64,000 nucleotides of DNA. Source: Candidatus Multivoradales bacterium (GTDB taxonomy: Bacteria > Acidobacteriota > Thermoanaerobaculia > Multivoradales > JAHEKO01). The notes beneath the pieces were generated by a model. It did no database searches and was not told the origin of the DNA. It saw only the letters and a program-made list of their open reading frames with translations. Where the stretch lies: NCBI GenBank assembly GCA_965223855.1, contig CBDCXM010000002.1, positions 32,001-96,000 of the forward strand, given 5' to 3'. The position numbers and the translations under genes are program-made. Shown one piece after another: positions 27,640-36,833 of this stretch (positions within the stretch are counted from its first letter, which is position 1; every line of letters begins with the position of its first letter).

Positions 27640-29439
27640 ATGGAGAGCGCTCTCAAGGTTCCTGAAGTCGGTCGCTATCGCATCCTTCGACCGCTGGGTC
27701 GCGGTGCAATGGGGACCGTCTACCTCGCGGACGACCCGATCATCGGTCGACGGGTCGCGCTCAAGGTTCTCAAGCTCGATCTGCCGGGTGCCGAGAACTC
27801 GTCCGAGAAGCTGCGGTCCCGCTTCCAGACCGAGGTCAAGAGCGCGGGGATCCTCTCGCACCCGAACATCGTCACCGTCTACGACGCGATCGAAGAGACC
27901 GACGACGGTGCGTTGTGCATCGCGATGGAGTACGTGGAAGGGACCACGCTCAGCGAGATCCTGCGCCGTCCGGAGCCGATCGGTACCGACACCGCTCTGG
28001 AGATCGGCGCGCAGATCTCGGAGGCGCTCGCCTACGCCCACGAGAAGGGGGTGATCCATCGAGACATCAAGCCGGCCAACGTGATCGTCACGGAGAGCGG
28101 TCGGGCGAAGATCACCGACTTCGGCATCGCTCATCTGATCGATGCGGCACTGAGCGACGACCTGCGGTTCCTCGGCACGCCGAGCTACATGGCTCCGGAA
28201 CGGATCGAGGGGCGGGAGATCGATCAGCGGGCCGACCTCTTCTCGTTGGGGGTCGTGCTCTACCAACTCGTGACCCGCCACATGCCGTTCCAGGGGGCGA
28301 GCGTCGCCGACCTCACTCGCAGCATCGCGCGCGACGAACCGACGCCGCCGGAGCGCTACGTCAGCGACCTGCGAGAGGACCTCGCGTCGATCCTCACGCG
28401 CTGTCTCGAAAAGTCCCCCAAGCGTCGCTATCAGGATGCGGGGACGCTGGCGATGGATCTGCGGGGAGTTCTGACGACACTCGCCGCTCAGCACAGCACC
28501 CAGCCCGTACCTCCGTCGGGGCCGACCGAGGCAGCGCCCGCCCGCGGCGACGGCCCCTGGTGGCGGAAGCTGGCAGTCGCAGGCCTGCTTGCGGTCGTGA
28601 CCGCGGGCGGACTGCTGCTGTGGCAGTCCGGCGACGGCGACGGCGAAACCCGGATGCCGGTGGCCGCTGCGACCGCGACACGAGCCCCGTACGTGGAGGC
28701 TCTCCTCCAGGGGATGGCTCGACTCGAGGAAGGCAACACCCCGGAGGCGCTCGACCTTCTTCGCTCGGCAGAGCTTCTGGGCCCCGACTCGGAGCGTGCA
28801 CGGCTGTGGCGAAGACTCGCTGAAGTCAGGCTCGAGCAGGACCGGATCGCTCTTCGCGAGATCGAGGTCCTCGATCTGGTCGAGCAGGGTCGGACGGAAC
28901 TCGCCGCAGGACGGCTGCAGTCCGCGCGGCGATTCCTGGCGGAAGCGAGGGATCTCGAGCCCGAGCACCTGGCGGTCGCCGATCTGCGCAACCGTGTCTG
29001 GCTGGCGCAGCAGCGCGTCGCCGAGCGGCAGGAGGAGGTCGCCGTTCCGGTGCCCACGCCTCCGCCCCCGGTCGAGATCACGCCTCAGGTCGTCTCGGTG
29101 GAGCCGCTACCGGTCCCGACCTCAGGCACTCTCGAGCTGGACTTCTTCAGTCAGATGTCGCGCGGTGTCCTCACGATCTATCAGGACGATCGGCAGATCT
29201 ATCGCGAGGCGTTCCGCTTCTCCGAGAGACGGAGGTTTCTGCCGGCGCGTCCAGCGAGCGGATCGCTGAGCGCGAGCTTCGAAATGCCGGCCGGCGCGGT
29301 GGAGCTGAGGCTCTATCTCGCCCTCCCGGACCGGGAGACGCAGGTCATCCCGGTCGAGGGCGAGATCGTCGGAGGGGAGCGGACGGTGCTGCGTCTGCGG
29401 GTGGGTGACGAGGGCGTTTTCACCGCGTTCTTCCGCTGA
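27640..29439 (+). CDS. Hanks-type Ser/Thr protein kinase, membrane-spanning with TPR-like extracellular part
   Basis: LGRGAMGTVY, VALK, HRDIKPAN, TDFG, GTPSYMAPE and one TM segment. Confidence 0.93.
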   Translation: MESALKVPEVGRYRILRPLGRGAMGTVYLADDPIIGRRVALKVLKLDLPGAENSSEKLRSRFQTEVKSAGILSHPNIVTVYDAIEETDDGALCIAMEYVEGTTLSEILRRPEPIGTDTALEIGAQISEALAYAHEKGVIHRDIKPANVIVTESGRAKITDFGIAHLIDAALSDDLRFLGTPSYMAPERIEGREIDQRADLFSLGVVLYQLVTRHMPFQGASVADLTRSIARDEPTPPERYVSDLREDLASILTRCLEKSPKRRYQDAGTLAMDLRGVLTTLAAQHSTQPVPPSGPTEAAPARGDGPWWRKLAVAGLLAVVTAGGLLLWQSGDGDGETRMPVAAATATRAPYVEALLQGMARLEEGNTPEALDLLRSAELLGPDSERARLWRRLAEVRLEQDRIALREIEVLDLVEQGRTELAAGRLQSARRFLAEARDLEPEHLAVADLRNRVWLAQQRVAERQEEVAVPVPTPPPPVEITPQVVSVEPLPVPTSGTLELDFFSQMSRGVLTIYQDDRQIYREAFRFSERRRFLPARPASGSLSASFEMPAGAVELRLYLALPDRETQVIPVEGEIVGGERTVLRLRVGDEGVFTAFFR

Positions 29440-29451
29440 TCCGTTTCCTGA

Positions 29452-30249
29452 TTGGATTCCTTGACGACGGCTGTGCACCCGCCGATCTTCGACACCCACG
29501 CCCACCTGTGCGCGGCCGAGTTCGCCGACGACCTCGAGCAGGTTCTCGGGAGAGCCCGTGAGACCGGCGTCGCCGGCGTTCTCGCGGTCGGCGAGAGCCT
29601 CGAAGACGCCCGGTCGAACCTCGAGATCCGGCGGCGCAGCGACGGCTTCGTCGCCATGGCGGCCGGTCTTTTCCCGACCCTCCTCGACCTCGACCAGGCG
29701 GAATCGGTGGAGGGCTTCCTGCGGGAGAACCGCAACGAGATCGCGGCCGTCGGCGAGGTCGGGCTCGACTACTGGAAGGTGGCCGAGGGTCCCGATCGCG
29801 ACCTCCAGCGCGAGCTCTTCGGCCGATTCGTCGATCTGGCGATCGAGTTGGACCTGCCGCTCAACGTCCATTCGCGTTCGGCGGGTCGCGCCACCATCGA
29901 GTTTCTTCTCGAGCGAGGTGCCACCCGAGTGCAGATGCACGCCTTCGACGGACGCGCCGCCAACGCCTGGGCCGGGGTCGAGGCAGGGTTCTTCTTCTCC
30001 GTTCCGCCCTCGATCGTTCGTTCGCCGCAGAAGCAGAAGCTGGTGCGCCGGTTGCCGATCGAGTCGCTCCTGCTCGAGACCGACAGTCCGGTGCTCGGGC
30101 CTGAGAAATCGGCTCGGAACGAGCCCGCCAATGCGAGAGTGGCGTTGGAGGCGATCTCGGCGCTCAAGCAGGCCGAGCCGGCCGCCGTCGCCGAGGCGAT
30201 CCGCGCCAACACCCGGCGCCTCTACGGGCCGATCTGGCCCGATCTTTGA
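29452..30249 (+). CDS. TatD-family hydrolase
   Basis: DTHAH, VGEVGLDY, VHSR and LETDSP. Confidence 0.92.
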   Translation: MDSLTTAVHPPIFDTHAHLCAAEFADDLEQVLGRARETGVAGVLAVGESLEDARSNLEIRRRSDGFVAMAAGLFPTLLDLDQAESVEGFLRENRNEIAAVGEVGLDYWKVAEGPDRDLQRELFGRFVDLAIELDLPLNVHSRSAGRATIEFLLERGATRVQMHAFDGRAANAWAGVEAGFFFSVPPSIVRSPQKQKLVRRLPIESLLLETDSPVLGPEKSARNEPANARVALEAISALKQAEPAAVAEAIRANTRRLYGPIWPDL

Positions 30250-30288
30250 GAGCCCGCGTCGAGAATCCAGCTCCGGAGCAGGAGCGGC

Positions 30289-31476
30289 CTAGGGGGTCGA
30301 GCGTTCCGAGATGATGCGCCACGCCCCGTCGATGCGCTCCCAGGTGAGCGATTTTGTCACCTGGTCCTGGAAGGTGTTGGAGCGGTAGCGTTGAGAGAAG
30401 ACGGTCGTCGGTCGGTCGCTGTCGGCGTCGATGACCTCGAGATCGGAGAGCACGACTTCGATGAACTCCGGGCCCGTCAGCCGGTCCCGGCGCTGGGCGC
30501 GCCACGCCTGATTCGACAGGCCTTCCGCAGGCTGGAAGCCTTCGGAATAGAAGCTCAGATAGGCGTCCGGATCCTGGCTCGACCAGGCGCCCGCCCAGTC
30601 GCGCGCTCGCTGTCGCAGGGTTTCGGCCAGAGCTTCGGACGGCGGGACGGATGGACTCGTATCAGCGGCGCTGTCCGCTGGAGAGGATCCGGTCTCGATG
30701 TCCGCCTCGGGCGACTCGGTGGCCGACTGAGTCGGATCCGGATCCGGCGCCGCCACGCCCGGCTCGTCGATCGGTGCAGGGGTGAGCGCCCCCTCACCAA
30801 CTTCCTCGTCCACATCCAGCGGCTGGTTCGACGCCGGCGTCGGAATCTGCGCGGCTTCGGGAGTGACGCTATCGGGGGAAGGGCCTCCGACCTGGGCGGA
30901 GGTTACCGGCCCGGCAGCGTCGTCGGCGGGGAAGAAGGTGCGCCAGCCGAACCAGCCCAGCAGGAGCGCGATCGCCAGCGCCGCCAACGGAATCGTCCAG
31001 CCGATTCCGGAGCGGTTTTCCTCGGCGAGCGGTGGAATCTCCTGCGTGGCGAGCAGGTCTGCGGCCTCGGGTAGCGGCTGCGAGCGGGCGAACTGCTCGG
31101 GCACGGTCCAGGTGTCGAACGGGCGGGACTCGTCCTCCTGATGAGTCTCGATCACCCATCGGATCGCCCGTCGCGCGCGCTCCTCGAGTTCGACGAACTG
31201 GACGCCCATGCCGGTCGGTTCGTCCTGTTCGGGGATCTGCCGTGCCCACACGACACGGCCCCGCCCCTTGAGAAGCCGCCAGTTCTCGGCCGGCCGCAGC
31301 TCGAAGTGCATCAGGGTTCCCGGCGGCATCGGGGAGTCGCAGTGGACGAACATTCCCGACATACCGAGGTTGCCGGTCACCTCCTCGAAGACGTCCTCCA
31401 CTCCCGGGTAGCGCACCTTCACGCCTGCCCTGATCGGCAGCCGCGCCGATCCCCGTCGCGCCACGTACTCGTTCAT
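30289..31476 (-). CDS. PilZ-domain membrane protein with Pro-rich linker and NTF2-like C-terminal domain
   Basis: RRGSAR…NLGMSGMFV…GRVVW…GMGVQF, a TM segment and WAGAWSSQDPDAYLSFYS…WRIISE. Confidence 0.78.
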   Translation of the reverse strand: MNEYVARRGSARLPIRAGVKVRYPGVEDVFEEVTGNLGMSGMFVHCDSPMPPGTLMHFELRPAENWRLLKGRGRVVWARQIPEQDEPTGMGVQFVELEERARRAIRWVIETHQEDESRPFDTWTVPEQFARSQPLPEAADLLATQEIPPLAEENRSGIGWTIPLAALAIALLLGWFGWRTFFPADDAAGPVTSAQVGGPSPDSVTPEAAQIPTPASNQPLDVDEEVGEGALTPAPIDEPGVAAPDPDPTQSATESPEADIETGSSPADSAADTSPSVPPSEALAETLRQRARDWAGAWSSQDPDAYLSFYSEGFQPAEGLSNQAWRAQRRDRLTGPEFIEVVLSDLEVIDADSDRPTTVFSQRYRSNTFQDQVTKSLTWERIDGAWRIISERSTP

Positions 31477-31515
31477 GCGACGCGGATTATACCGCCGGAC
31501 TCCGTGGGAGGGGGG

Positions 31516-32799
31516 TCAGCGAACGCGAGCGATCTGGCGCGTAAGCCAGCGTCGAAAACTGTCCGAGAGCTCCGCGGGAGTCGTTCCCATCGCGTCCGCC
31601 AGATCTTCTGCGTTCGATGGCGAACCGTTGGCCGTTCCTTCGACAAAGCGCAGAAAGCTCTCTCTCGAGTCCGGCCCTGAGTGGTCGAGCAGGAATCGCA
31701 CGAAGAAGGTGGCGGTGGAGTAGTGCATCGATCGGCGATCGCGATCGACGAAGTCGACCCACGGAAGGTCGAGCAGTTCCTCGAGGCGCGGTACGCGGTT
31801 TCGATCTCGCTTCCACGCCTGGAGGAGCTGCAGGAAGACCACGCGCCCACCGGTCGTCGAAACGAAGATCGACGTCCGGTTGCGGGGGGTGCGGCGGGTC
31901 GTCATCGTCTGCTCGCCCCCGAGGGTGGCCGTGACTACCCGGCCCTCTTCGTCGACACGGGAGAGGGAGAGATCGTTGGCCATCCCCTCTTCGAGCCAGG
32001 TGTTGGGGCTGCGAACGAAGCGGGTGCGGTTGAGCAGGTGAGTGAGCTCATGAACCAGCACCGAGGTCAGTTCGGAGCGCTTGTAGTTGCCGCTGTGGAG
32101 GGCGGCCAGCGTGTTGTCCGCGTGCCCGTCGGCACCCAGTCCGACGACCTTGCCCTTGGCATCGGCGAAGGCGCGATAGTCGACCTCGCGCCGGTAGAGC
32201 ACGATCGGCGCCAGGTTCTCTATCTTCGGCTCGAGGCCGAATCTGGCGCGATAGACCTCAGGCAGGAGCCGTGCCACCTTGTCGAGGTGGTCGAGGAGGT
32301 CGTCGTTGTCGATGTCGGTGTGGAGGGGCCAGCGGCCGAGCGTGGTCCGACGACGGTTCTCCGACTGCAGGTGGGCGCGCGCCTCCGCGAGCCGTGCCGC
32401 TCGCTCCTCGACCGGGTCGGGCCCGACGAGGATCTTCTGCGCCGCGACCGGCAACGGGGTCGAGGCCTCCGGTCGGGGCTCTCCCGAGGGCGCGACCCAG
32501 CCCAGCAGATCGCCGTAGCGGATCCGCACCCAGGGACCCTGGCGCTCGAGCACAGGCAGAACGAGCGTTTCGGGGAGGATCGACAACCGGGCGGCCCGGC
32601 TGTCGGGGTGGGATCGCAGCGGTGTTTCCGCCGGGACGCTCACCGCCTCCTGGTCGAGATCGACGGGGGAGAAGGCCGCCCGGCTGCCGTGGACCCGCTC
32701 ACCGGGGTCCTGCTGTGTTGACTCCTCCAGCTCCTGCCGCGACTCGGCGGCAGCCGCCGTGGCCGCGAGGATGAGGGTCGCCGCGGCGAGCCGTCTCAC
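31516..32799 (-). CDS. Secreted protein with SH3-like domain and HExxH gluzincin-like domain
   Basis: Signal peptide, VLERQGPWVRIRYGDLLGWV and VHELTH…WLEEGMA. GTG start overlaps the upstream stop. Confidence 0.7.
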   Translation of the reverse strand: MRRLAAATLILAATAAAAESRQELEESTQQDPGERVHGSRAAFSPVDLDQEAVSVPAETPLRSHPDSRAARLSILPETLVLPVLERQGPWVRIRYGDLLGWVAPSGEPRPEASTPLPVAAQKILVGPDPVEERAARLAEARAHLQSENRRRTTLGRWPLHTDIDNDDLLDHLDKVARLLPEVYRARFGLEPKIENLAPIVLYRREVDYRAFADAKGKVVGLGADGHADNTLAALHSGNYKRSELTSVLVHELTHLLNRTRFVRSPNTWLEEGMANDLSLSRVDEEGRVVTATLGGEQTMTTRRTPRNRTSIFVSTTGGRVVFLQLLQAWKRDRNRVPRLEELLDLPWVDFVDRDRRSMHYSTATFFVRFLLDHSGPDSRESFLRFVEGTANGSPSNAEDLADAMGTTPAELSDSFRRWLTRQIARVR

Positions 32800-34070
32800 G
32801 AGCCGGCGAGTCGGACGCCGGGCAGCTCGGCCGCCAGGGAGACCTCGGGCGGCTGGAAGTCCCCTTCGACCCAGACGATGCGTTGCGACTCGAGGTGTTT
32901 GGTCAGCCGGCGAGTCTCCCGCTCGAGCCTGGCGAGGGTCGAGACGTCCGCCGCCGCGCCCCAGGGCGTTTCGATCGCTCCGGCGGTGCTCCAAACCAGC
33001 AACGGCACCCGCAACGAACGCAGGTAGGTGCGTACACTCTCTGCCGAGTGGCGACTGTGATCGGCGGCGTCTTCGCCGACCAGCAGCACGACGGCCCGTC
33101 GATGGCCGCTCGCCGAGATGTTGACGCCTGCGACCGCCACCGCGTCGGAGAGCCTCTGCATCGGATCGGGGACCCGGGGATCGCGCGCGCGGGTCAGCCA
33201 CCACATCAGGCCGCCGTCGCTCGGCGAGAGGATGCGGGGCGCGAAGAGCTGGATGTCCACGCCGGTGCGGATTCTGCGTTCGGCGACCGGGCGCAGGAAC
33301 TGCAGCGAGTAGTCCTTCTTGAGCGGTGCCGCCCAGCGGAAGGAGTCGCGGCTCTTGCGGGCGATCTTGTCCAGGGCGGTCTGCGTCGCCTGATCACGGA
33401 CGAGCACCACGGCCGCCGGGCCGCTCACGACGTCGATGACGTCCAGCGTCTGCCCGTTCGCCTCCAGCCATCCGCCGCGGGCGGGAGGGCGGACACCCTT
33501 GTCCAGCCTCAACGGTACGGCCGTCAGTTCGCTGTTGACGGTTCCGGTGAACGCGCCACCGAAGGTGCGCTCCACCACGCGACTGAGATTGTCCGAGAAC
33601 TGGACTTCGACCTTGAGGTAGTGGAGCTGCTTCGGGTCGTGCGGCGGCAGGGTGATCGAGCTGGGATCGAGGGCGGGAATCTCGATGCCGTCGAAGCTGG
33701 CCCGGACGCTCTTCGGCGTCTCGCTCTCGACACTCTCCCAGCTCAGGTGAGCCGTCATGACGCCGTCCTCTCCTTCCGTGAGAAGGAGCTGGACGTCGGC
33801 CGGAGGGTGGGGGAGGTTGAGCCACTGCCGGGTTCTGCCGAGTTCCACACCGGCATCGTCGTAGGCGACCGCCTCGAGCCGTTTCGGCTCGAGCCGCTCG
33901 CCCAGGTCGCAGGTGACTCGCCATGGGGCGTCCGCGATCTCGGCCACGATGCGGCCGTCGAGGAGAAGCTCGATGCCGGCGACCTCGTTGCCGACCAGAA
34001 CCTCGATCTCCTGAGGCCCGACGACGAGGCCCAGAAACAGCGAGGCGAACGCAACCACGTCTCTGGTCAA
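32796..34070 (-). CDS. Hypothetical protein (Ig-like N-terminus, VWA-like C-terminus)
   Basis: Long ORF with host-like codon usage. LEAVAYDDAG and LSDAVAVAG…RRAVVLLVG…S. Confidence 0.65.
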   Translation of the reverse strand: MTRDVVAFASLFLGLVVGPQEIEVLVGNEVAGIELLLDGRIVAEIADAPWRVTCDLGERLEPKRLEAVAYDDAGVELGRTRQWLNLPHPPADVQLLLTEGEDGVMTAHLSWESVESETPKSVRASFDGIEIPALDPSSITLPPHDPKQLHYLKVEVQFSDNLSRVVERTFGGAFTGTVNSELTAVPLRLDKGVRPPARGGWLEANGQTLDVIDVVSGPAAVVLVRDQATQTALDKIARKSRDSFRWAAPLKKDYSLQFLRPVAERRIRTGVDIQLFAPRILSPSDGGLMWWLTRARDPRVPDPMQRLSDAVAVAGVNISASGHRRAVVLLVGEDAADHSRHSAESVRTYLRSLRVPLLVWSTAGAIETPWGAAADVSTLARLERETRRLTKHLESQRIVWVEGDFQPPEVSLAAELPGVRLAGS

Positions 34071-34156
34071 GGTGCTCTCATCAGGTAGACCTTCGTAGCT
34101 TCCTACCCCGAGAGGGCGCCCCGGTATTCCAGGAGGGCCTCGAGGTGAACAGCGCT

Positions 34157-35008
34157 ATGATAGCGGGCGTGTCGAACGTCGAGTCCGTCGCGGTTTCACG
34201 GCTTCTCTGCGGCCTTTTCTTGGCGGTTGCAACCGCCGGCCCGGGAGAGGGCGATGTCGTCGAACTCGCCAACGGGAACCGTTTCGAGGACGTCGTCGCC
34301 ACCGTCGAGGGTGAGACAGTGCGGATCGAATTCGCCTTCGGGGAGATGAGCGTGCCGAAGTCCTCGGTGTCGGGAATCCTCGACGACACCTCTCCCATCG
34401 AGCGATTCCTCTCCGAGTTCGAGCGGCTCGAGCGCTCGCCGGCCGGGTCGGCGGAGGACTGGTGGGAGTTGGCCAGGGAGGCACGAGAGGCCGGGTTGGA
34501 CAGCGCCTATCGTCGTGCTCTCTCGAGAGCTGCCGATCTCGACCCGCGACTGGGAGCGATCCAGGGGGCGATGAAGGAACTCGGCAGGATCTTCGACCCG
34601 GTCGAGCAACGATGGACCGACAGGCCACCGCAGCGCCCGGCCATGACCGCCGCCGAGGCGGAGAGGTCGCCAGGATTCGAGAGCCGCGCTGCGGAACGGA
34701 ACAGGGCTGAAAGGGAGCGCCTCCTCGAAGCGATCGAGCTTCTGGCGCTGGCACAGCTCGTGGAGCAACTCGAGAAGAGAGAGAGCTCACCGCCTCCAGC
34801 CCCAGCTCCTGCGATCCAGTTCGTCGGCGCTGTCGGTGGCTACGGCTTCGTGCCCACCGCACACAATCGCGAGGTGGTGGAGCAACTGACCCGGCGGCAG
34901 CCCGGGAGCCTGCTGCCGGTCGTCTCCCCGGTCCGATCGTCGGCGGGAGCAGACGGCAGGAGACCGCCCGCCCGCAACCGATCCTCGTTGCGAAGATCCG
35001 ATCGGTGA
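34157..35008 (+). CDS. Secreted hypothetical protein; true C-terminus uncertain (alternative stop at 35369 in the duplicated copy)
   Basis: Signal-like region and DVVELANGNRFEDV. The 3' end runs into an imperfect duplication. Confidence 0.6.
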   Translation: MIAGVSNVESVAVSRLLCGLFLAVATAGPGEGDVVELANGNRFEDVVATVEGETVRIEFAFGEMSVPKSSVSGILDDTSPIERFLSEFERLERSPAGSAEDWWELAREAREAGLDSAYRRALSRAADLDPRLGAIQGAMKELGRIFDPVEQRWTDRPPQRPAMTAAEAERSPGFESRAAERNRAERERLLEAIELLALAQLVEQLEKRESSPPPAPAPAIQFVGAVGGYGFVPTAHNREVVEQLTRRQPGSLLPVVSPVRSSAGADGRRPPARNRSSLRRSDR

Positions 35009-35475
35009 AGTGGACCTCGCGGTCTCTACGATCGCGGAATCTCGAGGGCACGAGCGCCATCGGAGGGAGGCAGCGGGACGGGTAGGGAAGAAGCGTGGCC
35101 GGGAGGTGTGGCGCCAGGGTACACAAAGTTTTTCGCGAGGTCTCGGGGAGTAAGGTCGAGCAGGAGTCCACTGACTGACCCGGCCGGTCACCCGGTTGTT
35201 GCGCTCGGTTCGGACCGAGCGGCTGCTGCCCGGTCCGTGAGAACGCTCCCCGGTCCGATCGTCGGCGGGAGCAGACGGCAGCGAGTACCGCCCTTCGGGC
35301 TCCGCCGTAGAGCTTCCCCGTAATCGACTTCGCCGCGAAGGCCCGATCCTCGTTGCGACGGCTGGCTAGATCCTCCGACTGTCGGTGAAGTGGACGCCTC
35401 GACGGTCGTCTACGATCGCGGAATCTCGAGGGCACGACCCGCGCATGGCATCGGGAGCTTCGGGCAGGCAGCGTG
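34850..35475. repeat. Imperfect tandem duplication with indel-riddled junction
   Basis: Identical 36-bp blocks at 34924-34959 and 35246-35281, and identical 29-bp blocks at 35025-35053 and 35409-35437. Confidence 0.85.
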
Positions 35476-35546
35476 GAGCTTTGTCACGAAACTCCCACCA
35501 TCCGCGAGTCGCTCGAAGAAGCGTCGGCCAGCTTTGCCATGTTGAA

Positions 35547-35575
35547 AGTATGCGTGAGAACACCATCATTGTCAA
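35547..35575 (-). promoter_or_regulatory. Sigma70 promoter for a leaderless transcript starting at ATG 35540
   Basis: TTGACA-N17-CATACT, ending 7 nt before the ATG. Confidence 0.65.
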
Positions 35576-36349
35576 GCATAATTTCACCATGTTTTGAGCG
35601 TCCCGTGCTACCGTCCAAGCACAACCTGGCGCTTCCCGCAGGGTACCCGCCGGATCGGGCCTTGTCAACACGGAAACCGTTCCTCGTCACGAAGATCCGG
35701 ATCGCTCGACTCGTCCAGTGCGATGAGGCCAAAGACGAGTCCGGTCCACGCGAAAGGGTCGCCACCACTCTAGGTCGAGATCGCGAAGTCGATCGTCCGC
35801 TCCGTTGTCGGTGTCCGCCTTCTTCGGCTTCTGCGCGCCGGCGAGAGCGGCGGGGCGGTTCGCCTGCCATCAGCTGAGTCGCTCACCTCAGATCCCGATG
35901 TCCTCGGCACCGCCTTCAGGAGCGTGCTCCCCGAGACGAGGCAGCTGGGCTGGGGTGGGTTCAAGTCCAGCGCTGACCTCCTGCCGGCTACGGTTTCCGG
36001 TCAACGCTCGCAAGATGGCGGTTTCTATCCCCAGGGTAGCGGCCAGCCCGGGAAGACGCTCTTGTCGCCATTGTGACGCCGTTCGAAGTTGTTCAGCTGG
36101 TTCCGGAACGTGCCCCAAGGGATGTACGCTGCCGTCGTGTCCTTCGTCCTGTGCCGCGCCGATTACACTCGCGTGTAACGGCACTCGTCAAGCCATCTCT
36201 TGGAGGGTTCCTGCGGTGTTAGGGTTCCCTCATGGATCCGACGAAGGTCGTTACCTTCGATCGGTCGAGTCTACCTGATCTCCCGGTCTTCGTCGCGCGA
36301 GGAGGGGCGGGAGCCGCCGATCGGCTTCCGGTCGGGATGATCGAGCGAA

Positions 36350-36533
36350 GCCAGCGTCGGACTTTGGGCCTTCTTGGCGATCTCGCTGCGGCGGCGCGCA
36401 GAGCGCCCCCGGCCTTTCGTTTGACAGCGACGGGGTCCTTCTCTGGGGGGGCCTGCTTCGGCTTCTGGCCGGTCGCCTCCTGGACAATCTCCCAGGCGCG
36501 GCGGTCTGTTGAACGCGGAGCCAATGCGCTCAT
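36350..36533 (-). pseudogene. Frameshifted small basic (KGG/histone-H1-like) IS-associated protein
   Basis: RRAWEIVQEATGQKPKQAPPEKDPVAV in one frame and RRSEIAKKA in another. Confidence 0.55.
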
Positions 36534-36581
36534 TCGTACCGCCACCCCTCCCGGCTCAGGACCCACTACCAGGGTCAGGCC

Positions 36582-36599
36582 TTGTGAAAGTTTTCACAA
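36582..36599. promoter_or_regulatory. Rex (NADH-sensing repressor) operator
   Basis: TTGTGAA-AGTT-TTCACAA is a perfect match to the TTGTGAA-N4-TTCACAA consensus. Confidence 0.65.
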
Positions 36600-36833
36600 A
36601 GTGCTAGAGTCTCCTCATCGTAAGCTCGCAAGAGCTTCTGGGAGGTTCCCCTACCACCACTGGTCCTACCATCTCCCGGTCTTCTCGAGGCCCGGGCATC
36701 TCCAGTACCCCACCCCTTCCCTGGTTCCCCAGGGTCAAGCCAAACAAGCCCCACCCAAAGGAACCTCCCGTTTCCTTTCCCTCTCCCACCCGAATCGCCT
36801 TCGAGTGATCACGACCGCAGCGAAACCCGCTCG

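Larger units (their letters stand above)
35460..36560 (-). mobile_element. Decayed IS1-like DDE element with associated small basic-protein pseudogene
   Basis: Lower-GC segment with frameshifted transposase-like N-terminal fragments (MAKL…SRMVGVS…VTKL…AAC) and a frameshifted small basic protein (WEIVQEATG…EKDPVAV…RRSEIAKKA). Confidence 0.5.

Noticed and set aside
36640-36720. GTGG repeats resembling MraZ boxes, or a fluoride riboswitch
   Set aside because: The spacing is irregular, there is no mraZ or crcB nearby, and the consensus is incomplete.
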